Source: Promethearchaeota archaeon
GTDB lineage: Archaea; Asgardarchaeota; Lokiarchaeia; Sigyniarchaeales; SOKP01
Direction: 5' to 3'
NCBI GenBank assembly: GCA_019058295.1
Contig: JAHPZI010000007.1
Coordinates: 32,001-96,000 of the forward strand
Length of the DNA: 64,000 bases
Shown here: piece after piece, positions 39,484-49,862 of the stretch
Layout of the letters: the number at the start of each line of letters is the position of its first letter
Position numbering within the stretch: the first letter of the stretch is position 1
Made by a program: the position numbers and the translations under genes
The notes under the pieces: generated by a model
Databases searched by the model: none
The model's input: the letters and a program-made list of their open reading frames with translations, nothing else
What the model was told of the DNA's origin: nothing

Positions 39484-42018
39484 ATGGCTTTAAATTCCCA
39501 GGTAAAACCTATAAAACCATCGGATTTTTCAACCAGCAGGAGTAATAGAACGCAGATCTTAAAGAAAAAGATTTTAGATGCTCCTTATGAGATTTGTATC
39601 GAGCGTGCTCGCTATTTTACACAGGTATTTAAGGAAACCGAGGGCGAACACCCTTCATTAAGAGCGGCTAAGGCAATAGAGCGAACTTTAGATAATATGA
39701 CAATTTACATTTTGCCAGAAGAGCTTTTAATAGGTAATCGATCAAGTAAATTAGTAGCCTCTGTAATTCCAATTGAGAGAGGCGAATTTAACATGATTTT
39801 TCAATTAGATCTAAAAAATGTTATGAAAAGAGAAATCAAACCATTTCAATTATCTCCTGAAGAAAAAAGGGAACTACTAAAGGAAATTATTCCATACTGG
39901 AAAAAAAAAACAATTCGAGATTATAAAAAGCAAGAATGGAAACAAGAGGATTTATTATTAAAACCTAGGTTTGGCCTTTTTTCAATCTTCCGCAGGATGA
40001 AATATTTTGGTTTAAAGTCTCTATGGAAATCAACTAAACCGTTTTTAAAAGGACGAATCTTACATATTTTTAAAGCATTCAGAGAAATCGCATTAAACAA
40101 CCCTAATCTTGTAGATGATGTGTTTGACGATCAGGGGCATCTTATTTTAGGAATAGATAATGTAATGCCAATTGGCTTTAAGGGTATTAAAGAAAAGGCG
40201 TTGAATTTAAGGAAAAAAAATCCTGAACGAGCTGTGTTTTACGATTCTGTAATTATTTGTTGCGATGCTGTCAAAAGATTTGCTGATAAATTTGCCTCAC
40301 TATCATTAAAAATGGCTCATGAAGAAAAAAATGAAGAACGTAAAGAGGAATTACTTCAAATTTCAAAAAATATGACAAAAGTTCCTTGGAATCCTCCTGA
40401 GAATTTTTATGAAGCAATGCAATTTCTATGGTTTACTCAGGATATTGCATTAATTGCATTCGGCTTAGGTGGAATATTTGCTATTGGAAGACCTGACCAA
40501 TATCTTTTCCCCTATTATAAAAAAGATATTGATGAAGGGATTATCACTCGTGAGTTTGCGTTGGAATTAGCTGAAGAACTGCTAATTAAACTTAGTTATA
40601 ATCTTTTTGTCCTACCTTCATATGCAAAAAATACCGCTTCGGAACTTGGAGGAGATAATAATGCCATAACAATTGGAGGAGTTGATAAAAACGGAAATGA
40701 TGCTGCAAATGATTTATCTTTTGTATTTATGGATGCGATTATAAATATCAAGAGCATGACAAATTCTTTTTCTATGAGATTGCATTCAAAATCCACTGAT
40801 GATTATCTACTTAAAGTAGCGGAAGTTTTTTCAAAAACTTCGGGTCCTGCCATATATAACGATGAGATTATTATACCTGCTCTATTGGAAACAGGATGCT
40901 CAATAGAAGATTCAAGAAATTATGGAATTATTGGTTGTGTGGAGCCAACTAGTTGCAGTAATACTCACGGATGTACAGCTGGAAACGATATCTCTCTCGT
41001 TGGAATATTAGAGAAGGTATTAAATAATGGTAAATTGAAGATGATGGGAAAAAGAACTGGCTTAAAAACTGGAAAATTTAAAAGATTTAAGTCATTTGAG
41101 GAAATACTGGAAGCATATAAGAAACAATTAACCAATTCTATTGAATATATCGCTAAATGTGTAAATTGTAAAGATAAAGTCTATATGGAAAGGTTTCATA
41201 ATCCTTATCTCTCCTTAACGATAGATGGTTGTTTAGAGAGCGGATTAGATATCACGGAGGGAGGAGCAAAATATAATTTTGGGTCAATAACAGCAAGAGG
41301 TCTTGCAACTGCTGCGGATTCGTTATTTGCGATAAAGAAAGCTGTTTTTAACGAGAAGTGGCTTACATTAAAAGAGCTAAAGAAATTATTAAATAAGAAT
41401 TTTAGAAAGAATGAAGCTATTAGGCAAAAATTAGTTAACAAAGTTGCCAAATATGGAAATGATAATGACGAGGTTGATGAGATCGCAAGATGGGTTGCAG
41501 ATATATTTTGCGACGAGACAATGAAACAAAAATCTATTAGAAATGGGGGTATTTTCAGACCAGGTTTCTTTTCTTACGGGATGAATGTTGTGGACGGAGC
41601 CTTCCTTGGCGCCACTCCAAATGGCAGACTCGCCGGAGAACCAGTATCTAATAGCATATCTCCAAGTAATAATGCTGAAAAAGAAGGCCCTACTGCTATC
41701 ATTAAGTCTTATGCTAAGTTAAACCAAATAAAAATCTCAAATGGAAGTGCCTTAAATATCAAACTGAGTCCCTCATTTTTAGATTCAGAAGATAGAAAAA
41801 ATAAATTTATAAGCTTTATGAAATCTTTTGTAGATTTAAATGCAATGCATGTTCAATTTAATACTGTTGACACTAAAACTTTATTAGATGCTCAAATCCA
41901 TCCAGAAGATTATTGGGATTTAGTTGTTAGAGTATCTGGATATTGTGCTTATTTCAACGATCTAGGAAAGCCCGTTCAAGACGATATTATCCAACGTGCA
42001 GAATTTAATACTATTTAA
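39484..42018 (+). CDS. Glycyl radical enzyme (PFL-like family)
   Basis: ICIERAR, GRPDQYLFPYY, IIGCVEP, HVQFN, LVVRVSGY. Confidence 0.93.
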   Translation: MALNSQVKPIKPSDFSTSRSNRTQILKKKILDAPYEICIERARYFTQVFKETEGEHPSLRAAKAIERTLDNMTIYILPEELLIGNRSSKLVASVIPIERGEFNMIFQLDLKNVMKREIKPFQLSPEEKRELLKEIIPYWKKKTIRDYKKQEWKQEDLLLKPRFGLFSIFRRMKYFGLKSLWKSTKPFLKGRILHIFKAFREIALNNPNLVDDVFDDQGHLILGIDNVMPIGFKGIKEKALNLRKKNPERAVFYDSVIICCDAVKRFADKFASLSLKMAHEEKNEERKEELLQISKNMTKVPWNPPENFYEAMQFLWFTQDIALIAFGLGGIFAIGRPDQYLFPYYKKDIDEGIITREFALELAEELLIKLSYNLFVLPSYAKNTASELGGDNNAITIGGVDKNGNDAANDLSFVFMDAIINIKSMTNSFSMRLHSKSTDDYLLKVAEVFSKTSGPAIYNDEIIIPALLETGCSIEDSRNYGIIGCVEPTSCSNTHGCTAGNDISLVGILEKVLNNGKLKMMGKRTGLKTGKFKRFKSFEEILEAYKKQLTNSIEYIAKCVNCKDKVYMERFHNPYLSLTIDGCLESGLDITEGGAKYNFGSITARGLATAADSLFAIKKAVFNEKWLTLKELKKLLNKNFRKNEAIRQKLVNKVAKYGNDNDEVDEIARWVADIFCDETMKQKSIRNGGIFRPGFFSYGMNVVDGAFLGATPNGRLAGEPVSNSISPSNNAEKEGPTAIIKSYAKLNQIKISNGSALNIKLSPSFLDSEDRKNKFISFMKSFVDLNAMHVQFNTVDTKTLLDAQIHPEDYWDLVVRVSGYCAYFNDLGKPVQDDIIQRAEFNTI

Positions 42019-43687
42019 TTTCTCTTAATGATTCATTTTCTATAGAGATCTTTAAGGAATCATAAAAAATTGACCCAAATTTTTCATAAAATTCTTTTTT
42101 ACTCTTCATTATTAATGATTTATCTTCCTTCTCAGGTTTTCCTTGAGACCAAAAGATTTTTCCTTGAAGCGACAAATCAATCTTTTCTTGTTCTTTAATA
42201 ATAGTACCTGCTTTTATTACATACTCAATATTGCTTAAATCGGTCTTGATGCTATTAGGATTCTTAGAAATATCAATATCGTTAATACTGAGATCTATTA
42301 TATTAATGTCAGCATCTGCCCCTATACCAAGATTACCTTTTATACTTCCAAGCCCTAAAGATTTAGCTGGACTTGCCCGGGTTAATATTACAAATTCGTT
42401 AAAAGTTAGAATTTTATCATTATTTATTAAAGAATTTTCCTTTAAAAAATCGGAATTCATATCTTTCATAAAAGTATCTCTGGCACTTTTACTCATTAAC
42501 CAAGTTGCGATTTCAGGTACATCAGTAATATTTGCATAATTGGGAAAGTTAATGGAGAACTGTATTTGCCAGATATTTTTAACGTTAAGAGCAATATCTA
42601 AAGCATTAGCCCATAAATAACAATTTGCAATATTCTTCTTATCAAAATTTCTAAATGTTGCAAATGTATCTCCTTCAAATTCTATTGCAGCTCTAATTAA
42701 TTTATGAGTAGCTTCACTATTATTAGCCTTTAAAAGAGAATCTATTAATCTTCTATCTGATGTGATCAATGGATTGATTTGGTCAAATCCTATAAAGCCC
42801 AAATCCAAATCTATATTTTCATTTGAATTAACCATATTAATTAACTCTGAATTATTCCCGTCTACATTGTAAGCAGATGCATGTGCTATATGAAAAATTT
42901 GTGTTCGCTTTATCTCACTATTAATTTTAGAATTTGGTTGCAAATCTAAAGAGTTTACTTTATTTAAAATTGTAAATAAGTTGTTTTTTGCCTTTATATC
43001 TTCATATCCTTCAATATGAGCATGAATAGAATGAGGTAATCCTAAATGTTCATTCGCTCTTGTTAAGTTCTCGTAGACATCGAGAGCAGAAAAATTATAG
43101 AGCCTTCCTTTACCAGACACCTCTTTTCTTAATTTCTGGAAATTCCAGCTTTCAGATTCAAATGGATTATAGACTTTAAGACCAAAACCCTTCGTAATCG
43201 ATAATAAATCTGATAAAAATACGGACATATCTTCTATTTTTCCTCTCTGAAACTCTATTTCTAAAGGCCACATATTACTAACATTTAGTAGCATTGCCTT
43301 ATCTAAAACGGGCAATAGGCTAAAGTTAAAAACAGTCTGGTTTGCAAGGGAGGGATAGACATTTGCCTCAAGAATGAAAGTATAACCATTTGATATATAA
43401 TTCCTCGCAAAATTTTTTAAAGTTAACCTGTTCCATACATTTTTGAATAGCTCATTTTTGGTCCCAAGTAATCTTACCCAATTAACTTGTTGGGAAGCAA
43501 TATGTGTGTGAATATCAATGGCTGCGGGTATTACTGTTTTTCCGTTTGCGTTAATCTCTTTTATCTCTTTTTCCTTAGAAAATTTATCTACAATTTTGGA
43601 ATTTTCGATTAATATATCTTTAACTTCCCCATCTATATTATTTAATGGGTCAAATACCAGCCCATTTTTGATTATTAATCTTTCCAT
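42011..43687 (-). CDS. fwdA: Formylmethanofuran dehydrogenase subunit A-like amidohydrolase (divergent)
   Basis: IIKNGLVFDP, IDIHTH, GLKVYNP, LGLPHSIHAH, TRASPAKSLGL, GADADI. Confidence 0.8.
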   Translation of the reverse strand: MERLIIKNGLVFDPLNNIDGEVKDILIENSKIVDKFSKEKEIKEINANGKTVIPAAIDIHTHIASQQVNWVRLLGTKNELFKNVWNRLTLKNFARNYISNGYTFILEANVYPSLANQTVFNFSLLPVLDKAMLLNVSNMWPLEIEFQRGKIEDMSVFLSDLLSITKGFGLKVYNPFESESWNFQKLRKEVSGKGRLYNFSALDVYENLTRANEHLGLPHSIHAHIEGYEDIKAKNNLFTILNKVNSLDLQPNSKINSEIKRTQIFHIAHASAYNVDGNNSELINMVNSNENIDLDLGFIGFDQINPLITSDRRLIDSLLKANNSEATHKLIRAAIEFEGDTFATFRNFDKKNIANCYLWANALDIALNVKNIWQIQFSINFPNYANITDVPEIATWLMSKSARDTFMKDMNSDFLKENSLINNDKILTFNEFVILTRASPAKSLGLGSIKGNLGIGADADINIIDLSINDIDISKNPNSIKTDLSNIEYVIKAGTIIKEQEKIDLSLQGKIFWSQGKPEKEDKSLIMKSKKEFYEKFGSIFYDSLKISIENESLREIK

Positions 43688-43708
43688 TTATGTTATCCCT
43701 AAGATAAT

Positions 43709-44089
43709 CTATTTCTCTTTAATTTTTAATATTAAATCTTTATATTCCGGTACAGGATCACGAGTGGCTTCTACCTCAACTTCAATATTTTTATATTGAA
43801 TTTCATCTTTTTCCACTCCAGTAATTTGATTTGACCAAATTGAAACAGGCATTAGCACAGTACCTTCCGGAACATTTTCATCTTGTTCTTGCTCAATAAT
43901 AATGTCGCCAAAACTATTTGATAATTTTATTCTTAAGCTCTTGACTAATCCAAGTTTCTCAAAATCACTTGGATTTATAAATCCAATTCCCAGATTTTCT
44001 TTTAATGATTTTTCATCTCCAAAAGCAAATTCCTTGGCTTGATCGTGATCAACCATTCTAACAATATTTACTATCATTTTCATAGGCAT
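43709..44089 (-). CDS. fwdD: Formylmethanofuran dehydrogenase subunit D (molybdopterin dinucleotide-binding)
   Basis: INPSDFEKLG, VPEGTVLMPVSIWSN, YKNIEVEVE; operon context. Confidence 0.85.
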   Translation of the reverse strand: MPMKMIVNIVRMVDHDQAKEFAFGDEKSLKENLGIGFINPSDFEKLGLVKSLRIKLSNSFGDIIIEQEQDENVPEGTVLMPVSIWSNQITGVEKDEIQYKNIEVEVEATRDPVPEYKDLILKIKEK

Positions 44090-44096
44090 TCACATC

Positions 44097-45401
44097 TCAG
44101 GATACATCTAATTTTTGGATTATTTGATTTAGTACTTCTTCATCAGTTGGAATCCCACTCGGGGGATCCAGAACTTTTTTCAATTGCATAGGGACATGAT
44201 CAAACCTATAAGCTAAACCCTCACATTCAATTCCAGTAATTGCAGATGGTAATATCACATCAGCGATATCTGATGTTGCTGATTTCCTATTATCAATACA
44301 AATTATGGGTTTTGAAGCCATATTTTTACTTAAACTAAAGGGGAAATGAGAAATAGGATCAGTACCAACAATTATTGAACAATCAAAATCATCCTTTTCA
44401 ATTTTATTTATTATAGTATCTTTTGTTTCGATTAAGTTATTATCTGAAAATTGTAAACTATGATTTTTACCAGTAATAGATAATGCCACCTGCTCAAATC
44501 CAATCATATTATAGTGGCCACCCAATAATGCTAAAGACATTCTGCCTTTTTCTTGCCTTGAATTAATAAGTTGAACTAATTCTAATAGCTCTTTAATAAT
44601 ATTGTCATCCGAATGAGTTCTCAAAATCCCTTGTCCAACAAATATTACACCATTTTCGGCGCCAACTAAATTAAGCAATAACCTATTAAGCTCCTCTTTA
44701 TCAATCCCGGCAACACTTTTCTCAAGAACGCTATCTTTTTTACAGCATTCTTCTTTCAAAACCCTAATTAATTCCAAATCTTTCCCATGTTCTATGTGTA
44801 AAGCTACATCACGAAGTTGCATTACTCCAAAAGAAGCAGTTTTGACTGGATCAATGATAATAATGGTTTTTATCTCACGACCAGTCATGCGAAATTTACC
44901 CCTAGAAAATAGTATCTTATTAAGAAGTCGAGGAATTGATGCTGCCGCATTTGATCCCCAGAGAATTATTAAATCCGTTTTATTTATCACTTCAGCAAGT
45001 GTTGTTAGTGTCATTCCTATCTCTTTTGCTACATTCAGAACCTTTCCTTGGCATATTATAGAATTAGAATCGATAAATCCATTAATCTTTTTTGCTAGTT
45101 TGATTCCCTTTAATTGTGCCTCGCAACTTGATGTTGAGAATCCATAAAGTAAAGGCCTTGAAGAATTTGCTAAAATTTGTTTAATCTTTTCTAAGGCCAC
45201 ATCCCAAGATACATTCTCTAATTTGCCGTTTTTTCTTATCATTGGGCTTGTGAGACGATTTTCTGCAATAGGTTGATTAAATCGCTCTTTTCCTTTTAAA
45301 CATGCTCCATAAATTTTATCAATAAAAATACCATCAGTCCCAATGAGAACATCATCACATAATAAGGAACAACCAGTACAAGGAATTCTCTCCATAGCCA
45401 T
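44097..45401 (-). CDS. fwdB: Formylmethanofuran dehydrogenase subunit B
   Basis: CTGCSLLCDD..ACLKG, DSNSIICQG, WGSN, GHYNMIG, GTDPISHFP, AYRFDHVP. Confidence 0.88.
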   Translation of the reverse strand: MAMERIPCTGCSLLCDDVLIGTDGIFIDKIYGACLKGKERFNQPIAENRLTSPMIRKNGKLENVSWDVALEKIKQILANSSRPLLYGFSTSSCEAQLKGIKLAKKINGFIDSNSIICQGKVLNVAKEIGMTLTTLAEVINKTDLIILWGSNAAASIPRLLNKILFSRGKFRMTGREIKTIIIIDPVKTASFGVMQLRDVALHIEHGKDLELIRVLKEECCKKDSVLEKSVAGIDKEELNRLLLNLVGAENGVIFVGQGILRTHSDDNIIKELLELVQLINSRQEKGRMSLALLGGHYNMIGFEQVALSITGKNHSLQFSDNNLIETKDTIINKIEKDDFDCSIIVGTDPISHFPFSLSKNMASKPIICIDNRKSATSDIADVILPSAITGIECEGLAYRFDHVPMQLKKVLDPPSGIPTDEEVLNQIIQKLDVS

Positions 45402-45407
45402 TCACAC

Positions 45408-45878
45408 CTAAATATAGATAATTTCAATTGCCTCTCGCGGACAATATATTTCACATACACGACATTCTCTTTCTCTTCCCCCAGCTTCCAACCTACGACA
45501 GTGTTCAAGGTTTAATAAAACACATTTACCATCCTTTACTTCAAAAAGTTGGTGTTTGTCATGAGGAACATCTGGAGCTTTACCACTTAAAGTTGGAGGA
45601 CAATATCTTGCATTTACAGGACAGGCAGTAACACAAATTCCGCATCCATCACATAAGTCCTCATCAATTTCAATGTGTAATTGCTTTTCTTTACCGCCTT
45701 CACCCCCCAATAATTCCTTTAATGCCTCATATTTTTCTTTATACTTTACTTCCTCAATAAGAGGCGTACAATCACTAATTTTTACCTTACCTTGTAATAG
45801 TTCTAAGGCAAATGACATACATGTTGGTTTACCGCATTTTTTACAGTTAGTCTGCGGTAAATATTTGTAGAGTTCCAT
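45408..45878 (-). CDS. Fe-S domain plus ferredoxin (FwdG-like); start may extend to ATT 45896
   Basis: LPQTNCKKCGKPTCMSFA, CDGCGICVTACPVN, CRVCEIYCP; first gene of the fwd cluster. Confidence 0.8.
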   Translation of the reverse strand: MELYKYLPQTNCKKCGKPTCMSFALELLQGKVKISDCTPLIEEVKYKEKYEALKELLGGEGGKEKQLHIEIDEDLCDGCGICVTACPVNARYCPPTLSGKAPDVPHDKHQLFEVKDGKCVLLNLEHCRRLEAGGRERECRVCEIYCPREAIEIIYI

Positions 45879-46116
45879 AAAGTTTTGTGCCGGAATGCAA
45901 AACCACCTTTAAAACATTATATTTCCATCATATTTTCTTAATGACTATAATTCTATTAATTTATTTAGATTATTGATTATAAATTGTAAATATATTTTAA
46001 TTTGTTCTTATGTTCCGAATTTACCATTTTATAATTATGCTTAATAAAGAATAATTTTTTTATTTTATCAAAATATTTGCTATTTTCATTTTTAGACTTT
46101 TAAAGGTGCATAAAAA

Positions 46117-46593
46117 ATTAAGAATCTAATAAAAGGGATTATTATCTGTAAAACTTCGGGGGAATATTTAATGGATTTGATACTAGATTCAGATATTAAT
46201 CCGATTTTATTATCCTCTTTTATTGGGGCGCTCTCACTTTTTGGAAAAAGTAAATTGGGAAAAATAAAGGAGATTAGCATCACAGGTATAGATGTAAACA
46301 TGATTATTGTCTATAAATATGATTTGATATTAACTGTGATTGTAGATACTGACTTTTTAACCCATAATATAAGAACTGAGGCTGAAAAAGCATTAGATAT
46401 GTTCTACAGCTCATATTTGGCTGAAATTAATAATGGCGTGGAAGTATCTGTATTTAATGGATTTAAAAAAATTCTATATATGCAGATTCAAGATTATCTT
46501 GAAATACTTAAAGAGAAAGAAAGAGAAAAAAAGGTTGGAGATTTTGGTTTCTTTACTGAGGCTGTTAAAAAAACGAAATATGAGCTTCAATAA
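46117..46593 (+). CDS. Longin-like small protein; probable ATT start upstream of track ATG 46171
   Basis: In-frame extension (M)KNLIKGIIICKTSGEYL, then LLSSFIGALSLFG; AGGTG at 46104-46108. Confidence 0.65.
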   Translation: MKNLIKGIIICKTSGEYLMDLILDSDINPILLSSFIGALSLFGKSKLGKIKEISITGIDVNMIIVYKYDLILTVIVDTDFLTHNIRTEAEKALDMFYSSYLAEINNGVEVSVFNGFKKILYMQIQDYLEILKEKEREKKVGDFGFFTEAVKKTKYELQ

Positions 46594-46603
46594 ATTAAAA
46601 TTT

Positions 46604-47500
46604 CTAGAAGTTTGAGGTTTTTTTTTTAAAGATAAGATCTCCAATTTTTACATTAAATATTCGTTCCATTAAATTACATTTAGCTTTTAATAAATAATAG
46701 AGATCTTTATTTGGAATATCCATTCCGTGTAGTGTTTCAAAATTTCCCTGTCCTTTCGATAATATCATACCATTTGGATGAAAAAAATGTTCTTTAAATT
46801 CTTCCGTAGCTGTAGTTAGGTCGATTCCAGGGACAGGACTGGCTTCAATGACTTTTATTATTTTGGTAAGATTAATAAATTTGGCATCTTCCATCGTAGC
46901 ATCATTTATAATAGGAATAGATCTAACCGAATACACAATCTCTATATTAGGATATAGTTCTTGAATTATCTCAACTAATAATTTGTCAAATACGATTTCT
47001 CCTGTATTATCTCCTAGGATCAAGAGTTCTCCCTCTTCTTCATAGATTTTATTTAAGGATTTCTTAAAATCGTCATATTCATTTACTTTGAAATCATCAG
47101 AAGAGAAATTTTTGATGTCATTTATCAAATCAATCTCATGTTGTCCAGCAAAATCAACAGTATTTCCTAAGGCTGCTGCTGCTAAAGCTTCAAATAACTT
47201 ATCTTCACTATTTTTTACAATTTCTTTAATCTCATCATAATATTGAAGCGCAAGCTCGTTATATTTATCCTTTAATTTTTTATATGGATCATTAATTCCT
47301 AAATAATTTGAAATGAGTTTATAGACAAAATTTCCAACAATAGGAGCAGATATTTTATCCGTTTCGGCTTCAATAAGATATTTCATTAAATCTTTTTGAG
47401 CGTTTATGATTATTTCATTATTAATGTCTGGTTTTACCATTTTAAATGCTCTTTGTAATTGATTAAATAAACATCCAATACATTCTGGTTCAAGTTGCAT
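46604..47500 (-). CDS. DUF89/ARMT1-like damage-control phosphatase
   Basis: PECIGC, DPYKKLK, GNTVD, DNTGEIVFD, PIINDAT, SKGQGNFETL, KAKC. Confidence 0.92.
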   Translation of the reverse strand: MQLEPECIGCLFNQLQRAFKMVKPDINNEIIINAQKDLMKYLIEAETDKISAPIVGNFVYKLISNYLGINDPYKKLKDKYNELALQYYDEIKEIVKNSEDKLFEALAAAALGNTVDFAGQHEIDLINDIKNFSSDDFKVNEYDDFKKSLNKIYEEEGELLILGDNTGEIVFDKLLVEIIQELYPNIEIVYSVRSIPIINDATMEDAKFINLTKIIKVIEASPVPGIDLTTATEEFKEHFFHPNGMILSKGQGNFETLHGMDIPNKDLYYLLKAKCNLMERIFNVKIGDLIFKKKTSNF

Positions 47501-47617
47501 AATTTTTACCTTAATTTCCTATTATACTTAAGAAAAAAGAAGAGTAATTTTAAATTCTTTTAAAACAAAATAATCAAAATCAATGGAAAAAAGTGAATAT
47601 ATAGAAGATTATTAATA

Positions 47618-49054
47618 TTAATTTCCTTGTAATAAAGAATAAGGAGAATCTGTTTTATTTTCAGAAAGTTCTATGATATATTCTTTATTTAATTTCTTCC
47701 ATCTTCTCATACCAATTCGCATTCCTATATTTCGGCCAAAATCATTGAACATTTTATTTATTCGATATTTAAAAGTACGGTATTTAAAGCGAAATAAATA
47801 AACAAAATCTCGGCAGAACTGTCGGAAGATTTTCCACCAGCCAAATACTTTTTTGTATGCTCTTAATATGCCGTCCATTACATCTTTAACGGACATATTC
47901 TTTGGTTTCACATTTACATGAAAACCATCATAATGATCCCAATTAGTAGTAACAATGCGGGATTCACCAATTGATTTATAATATTGAGTACCTGGAAAGG
48001 GAGTAATAGCAAGAAATTGGGCAAATTCCATCAAATTTTTACGACAAAATTTTATAGTATTCTTAAAAACTTCAGGATTATCTTCATCTGAACCAAAAAT
48101 AAACATTCCATGAACAGAAATTCCATATCTTTGGAAGACCTTTACAGCTTGTAGTACTTCATCTGCTGTTTCGTTTTTATTTAAATCCTTAAGAGTAGCA
48201 TCATTTATAGATTCAAAACCTATAAATACTCTCCTGCAGCCAGCTTCTGCCATTTTTTTAACGAATTGTTCATCATTTGCCAGATCAGCTCTAACCTGAG
48301 TAATCCATTTAAATTTTAATTTTTCTTCCTTTATTCTTTCCAAAAGTTCAAGACTAATTCTCTTTTTAGCACAGAAATTATCGTCATAGAAAAAGATTTT
48401 TTTCTTCCTAAAAAATTTAAGTTGTTGCTTTATTTCTTCAATTGTCCTTTCAGGAGTTTGGATTCTATATTTTCGACCATAAACAAGTGTTACACAACAA
48501 AATGTGCAATTAAATGGACACCCGAGTGAAGTCATAATTGGAATAATTCTGGATTTCTTGGCATTTATCATTAGAGAAAAATCTGGAATAGGTCGTTGGT
48601 CTAAATTTTCTAGTGGAGTACCATATACAATTTTATCACTTAAATTTCCCTCTATTAAATCTATTATAATGTTGTCTCCTTCCCCAACAGCAACTTGATC
48701 TGCGTATTGACTTGGTTCCTCGGGATTAAGTGATGCATGAATTCCCCCAATAATTATTCTCCCATCAGGCCGGATTTCTCTATATTTTTTAGCGATTTCA
48801 TATCCTCGAAAAGCTGAATTAGTTAATAAAGTTAATATAAGAATATCAGTTGCAGGAAGATAATTTTCAATTTTATCTGATTTATCTAAAAGATTCTCTT
48901 TTATGACTAATACGTCGTATCCAGCTTGATGAAGCTTAGTTGCTAAATGTATAGGTCCTAACAATGGAAGTTTCATAGCAAATGTAAAAACATTCGCTTT
49001 TGATCCAGAAGGTTCAACAAATAAAATCTTTTTATCTTTATTATCTGAATCCAT
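47618..49054 (-). CDS. B12-binding radical SAM protein
   Basis: PLLG, IIGGIHAS, GEGD, GCPFNCTFC, FYDDNF, GFES. Confidence 0.92.
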   Translation of the reverse strand: MDSDNKDKKILFVEPSGSKANVFTFAMKLPLLGPIHLATKLHQAGYDVLVIKENLLDKSDKIENYLPATDILILTLLTNSAFRGYEIAKKYREIRPDGRIIIGGIHASLNPEEPSQYADQVAVGEGDNIIIDLIEGNLSDKIVYGTPLENLDQRPIPDFSLMINAKKSRIIPIMTSLGCPFNCTFCCVTLVYGRKYRIQTPERTIEEIKQQLKFFRKKKIFFYDDNFCAKKRISLELLERIKEEKLKFKWITQVRADLANDEQFVKKMAEAGCRRVFIGFESINDATLKDLNKNETADEVLQAVKVFQRYGISVHGMFIFGSDEDNPEVFKNTIKFCRKNLMEFAQFLAITPFPGTQYYKSIGESRIVTTNWDHYDGFHVNVKPKNMSVKDVMDGILRAYKKVFGWWKIFRQFCRDFVYLFRFKYRTFKYRINKMFNDFGRNIGMRIGMRRWKKLNKEYIIELSENKTDSPYSLLQGN

Positions 49055-49092
49055 ATTAATCGAACATATATTTTTATATTAAATTTTAAAAT

Positions 49093-49530
49093 TTATCGGT
49101 ACATATCATCAGCAGATTTATCTTTTTTTTCAATTTCTTCTTTTTTTTTTACAAATTCCTTTAATAATCTAGAACCAGTTTCATCACGTTTAAGGACAAG
49201 TTGAGTTAATAGATTTTGTTTTCTTTGAATTTCAAGCAGAGTATTAGCTATATGATTCATTAAATCAAATTGGAGCTGACACATATTTATTTTTTCTTCT
49301 TCTCCACATTCATCGCAATGTTCAGAGCATTCTCTCCAATCTTGAAAAAATAAATCAATGTTTATATCTTCTGGAGTAAGAAACGTTTTTTCGCATTCGG
49401 CGCAATTTTTATCAGCTTGTACTTTCAATTGTTGAACTATTTTTTTTATAGTCTGAATTAAATTCCATTTTTCACTATTCGTAAGTCCACTAAATTCCTT
49501 TTCTGTTAATTCATCTAATTCTTCAGCCAT
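49093..49530 (-). CDS. Hypothetical coiled-coil protein with Cys cluster
   Basis: CAEC, CSEHCDEC and MCQLQ in a helical 145-aa ORF. Confidence 0.65.
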   Translation of the reverse strand: MAEELDELTEKEFSGLTNSEKWNLIQTIKKIVQQLKVQADKNCAECEKTFLTPEDINIDLFFQDWRECSEHCDECGEEEKINMCQLQFDLMNHIANTLLEIQRKQNLLTQLVLKRDETGSRLLKEFVKKKEEIEKKDKSADDMYR

Positions 49531-49862
49531 TTTTTCACAGTAAAAATTTTTTTAATCCATATTTCTAAAATAAATTTATAATTAAAAGTTAGTATTAAAT
49601 TTAAATCTATATAAAGATATTTAGATTGGATTTAACGCATTTTAACAATATTTATTTCTAACACTAATTTTTTTTTATTTTTTCTAAATAGCCTCCATAG
49701 AATCTTATAGCGCTTAATAATAAAGAGATTCTGTCGATGAATAGAATAAGTAAAGGAAATAAATATCATCATTTTTAGATGAAGAAATCGAAAAACAAAA
49801 GCTTAAATCTACTTAATTTATCTTTTTAGAAACAAAAATAATTATAAGAATAACTAATTAAT

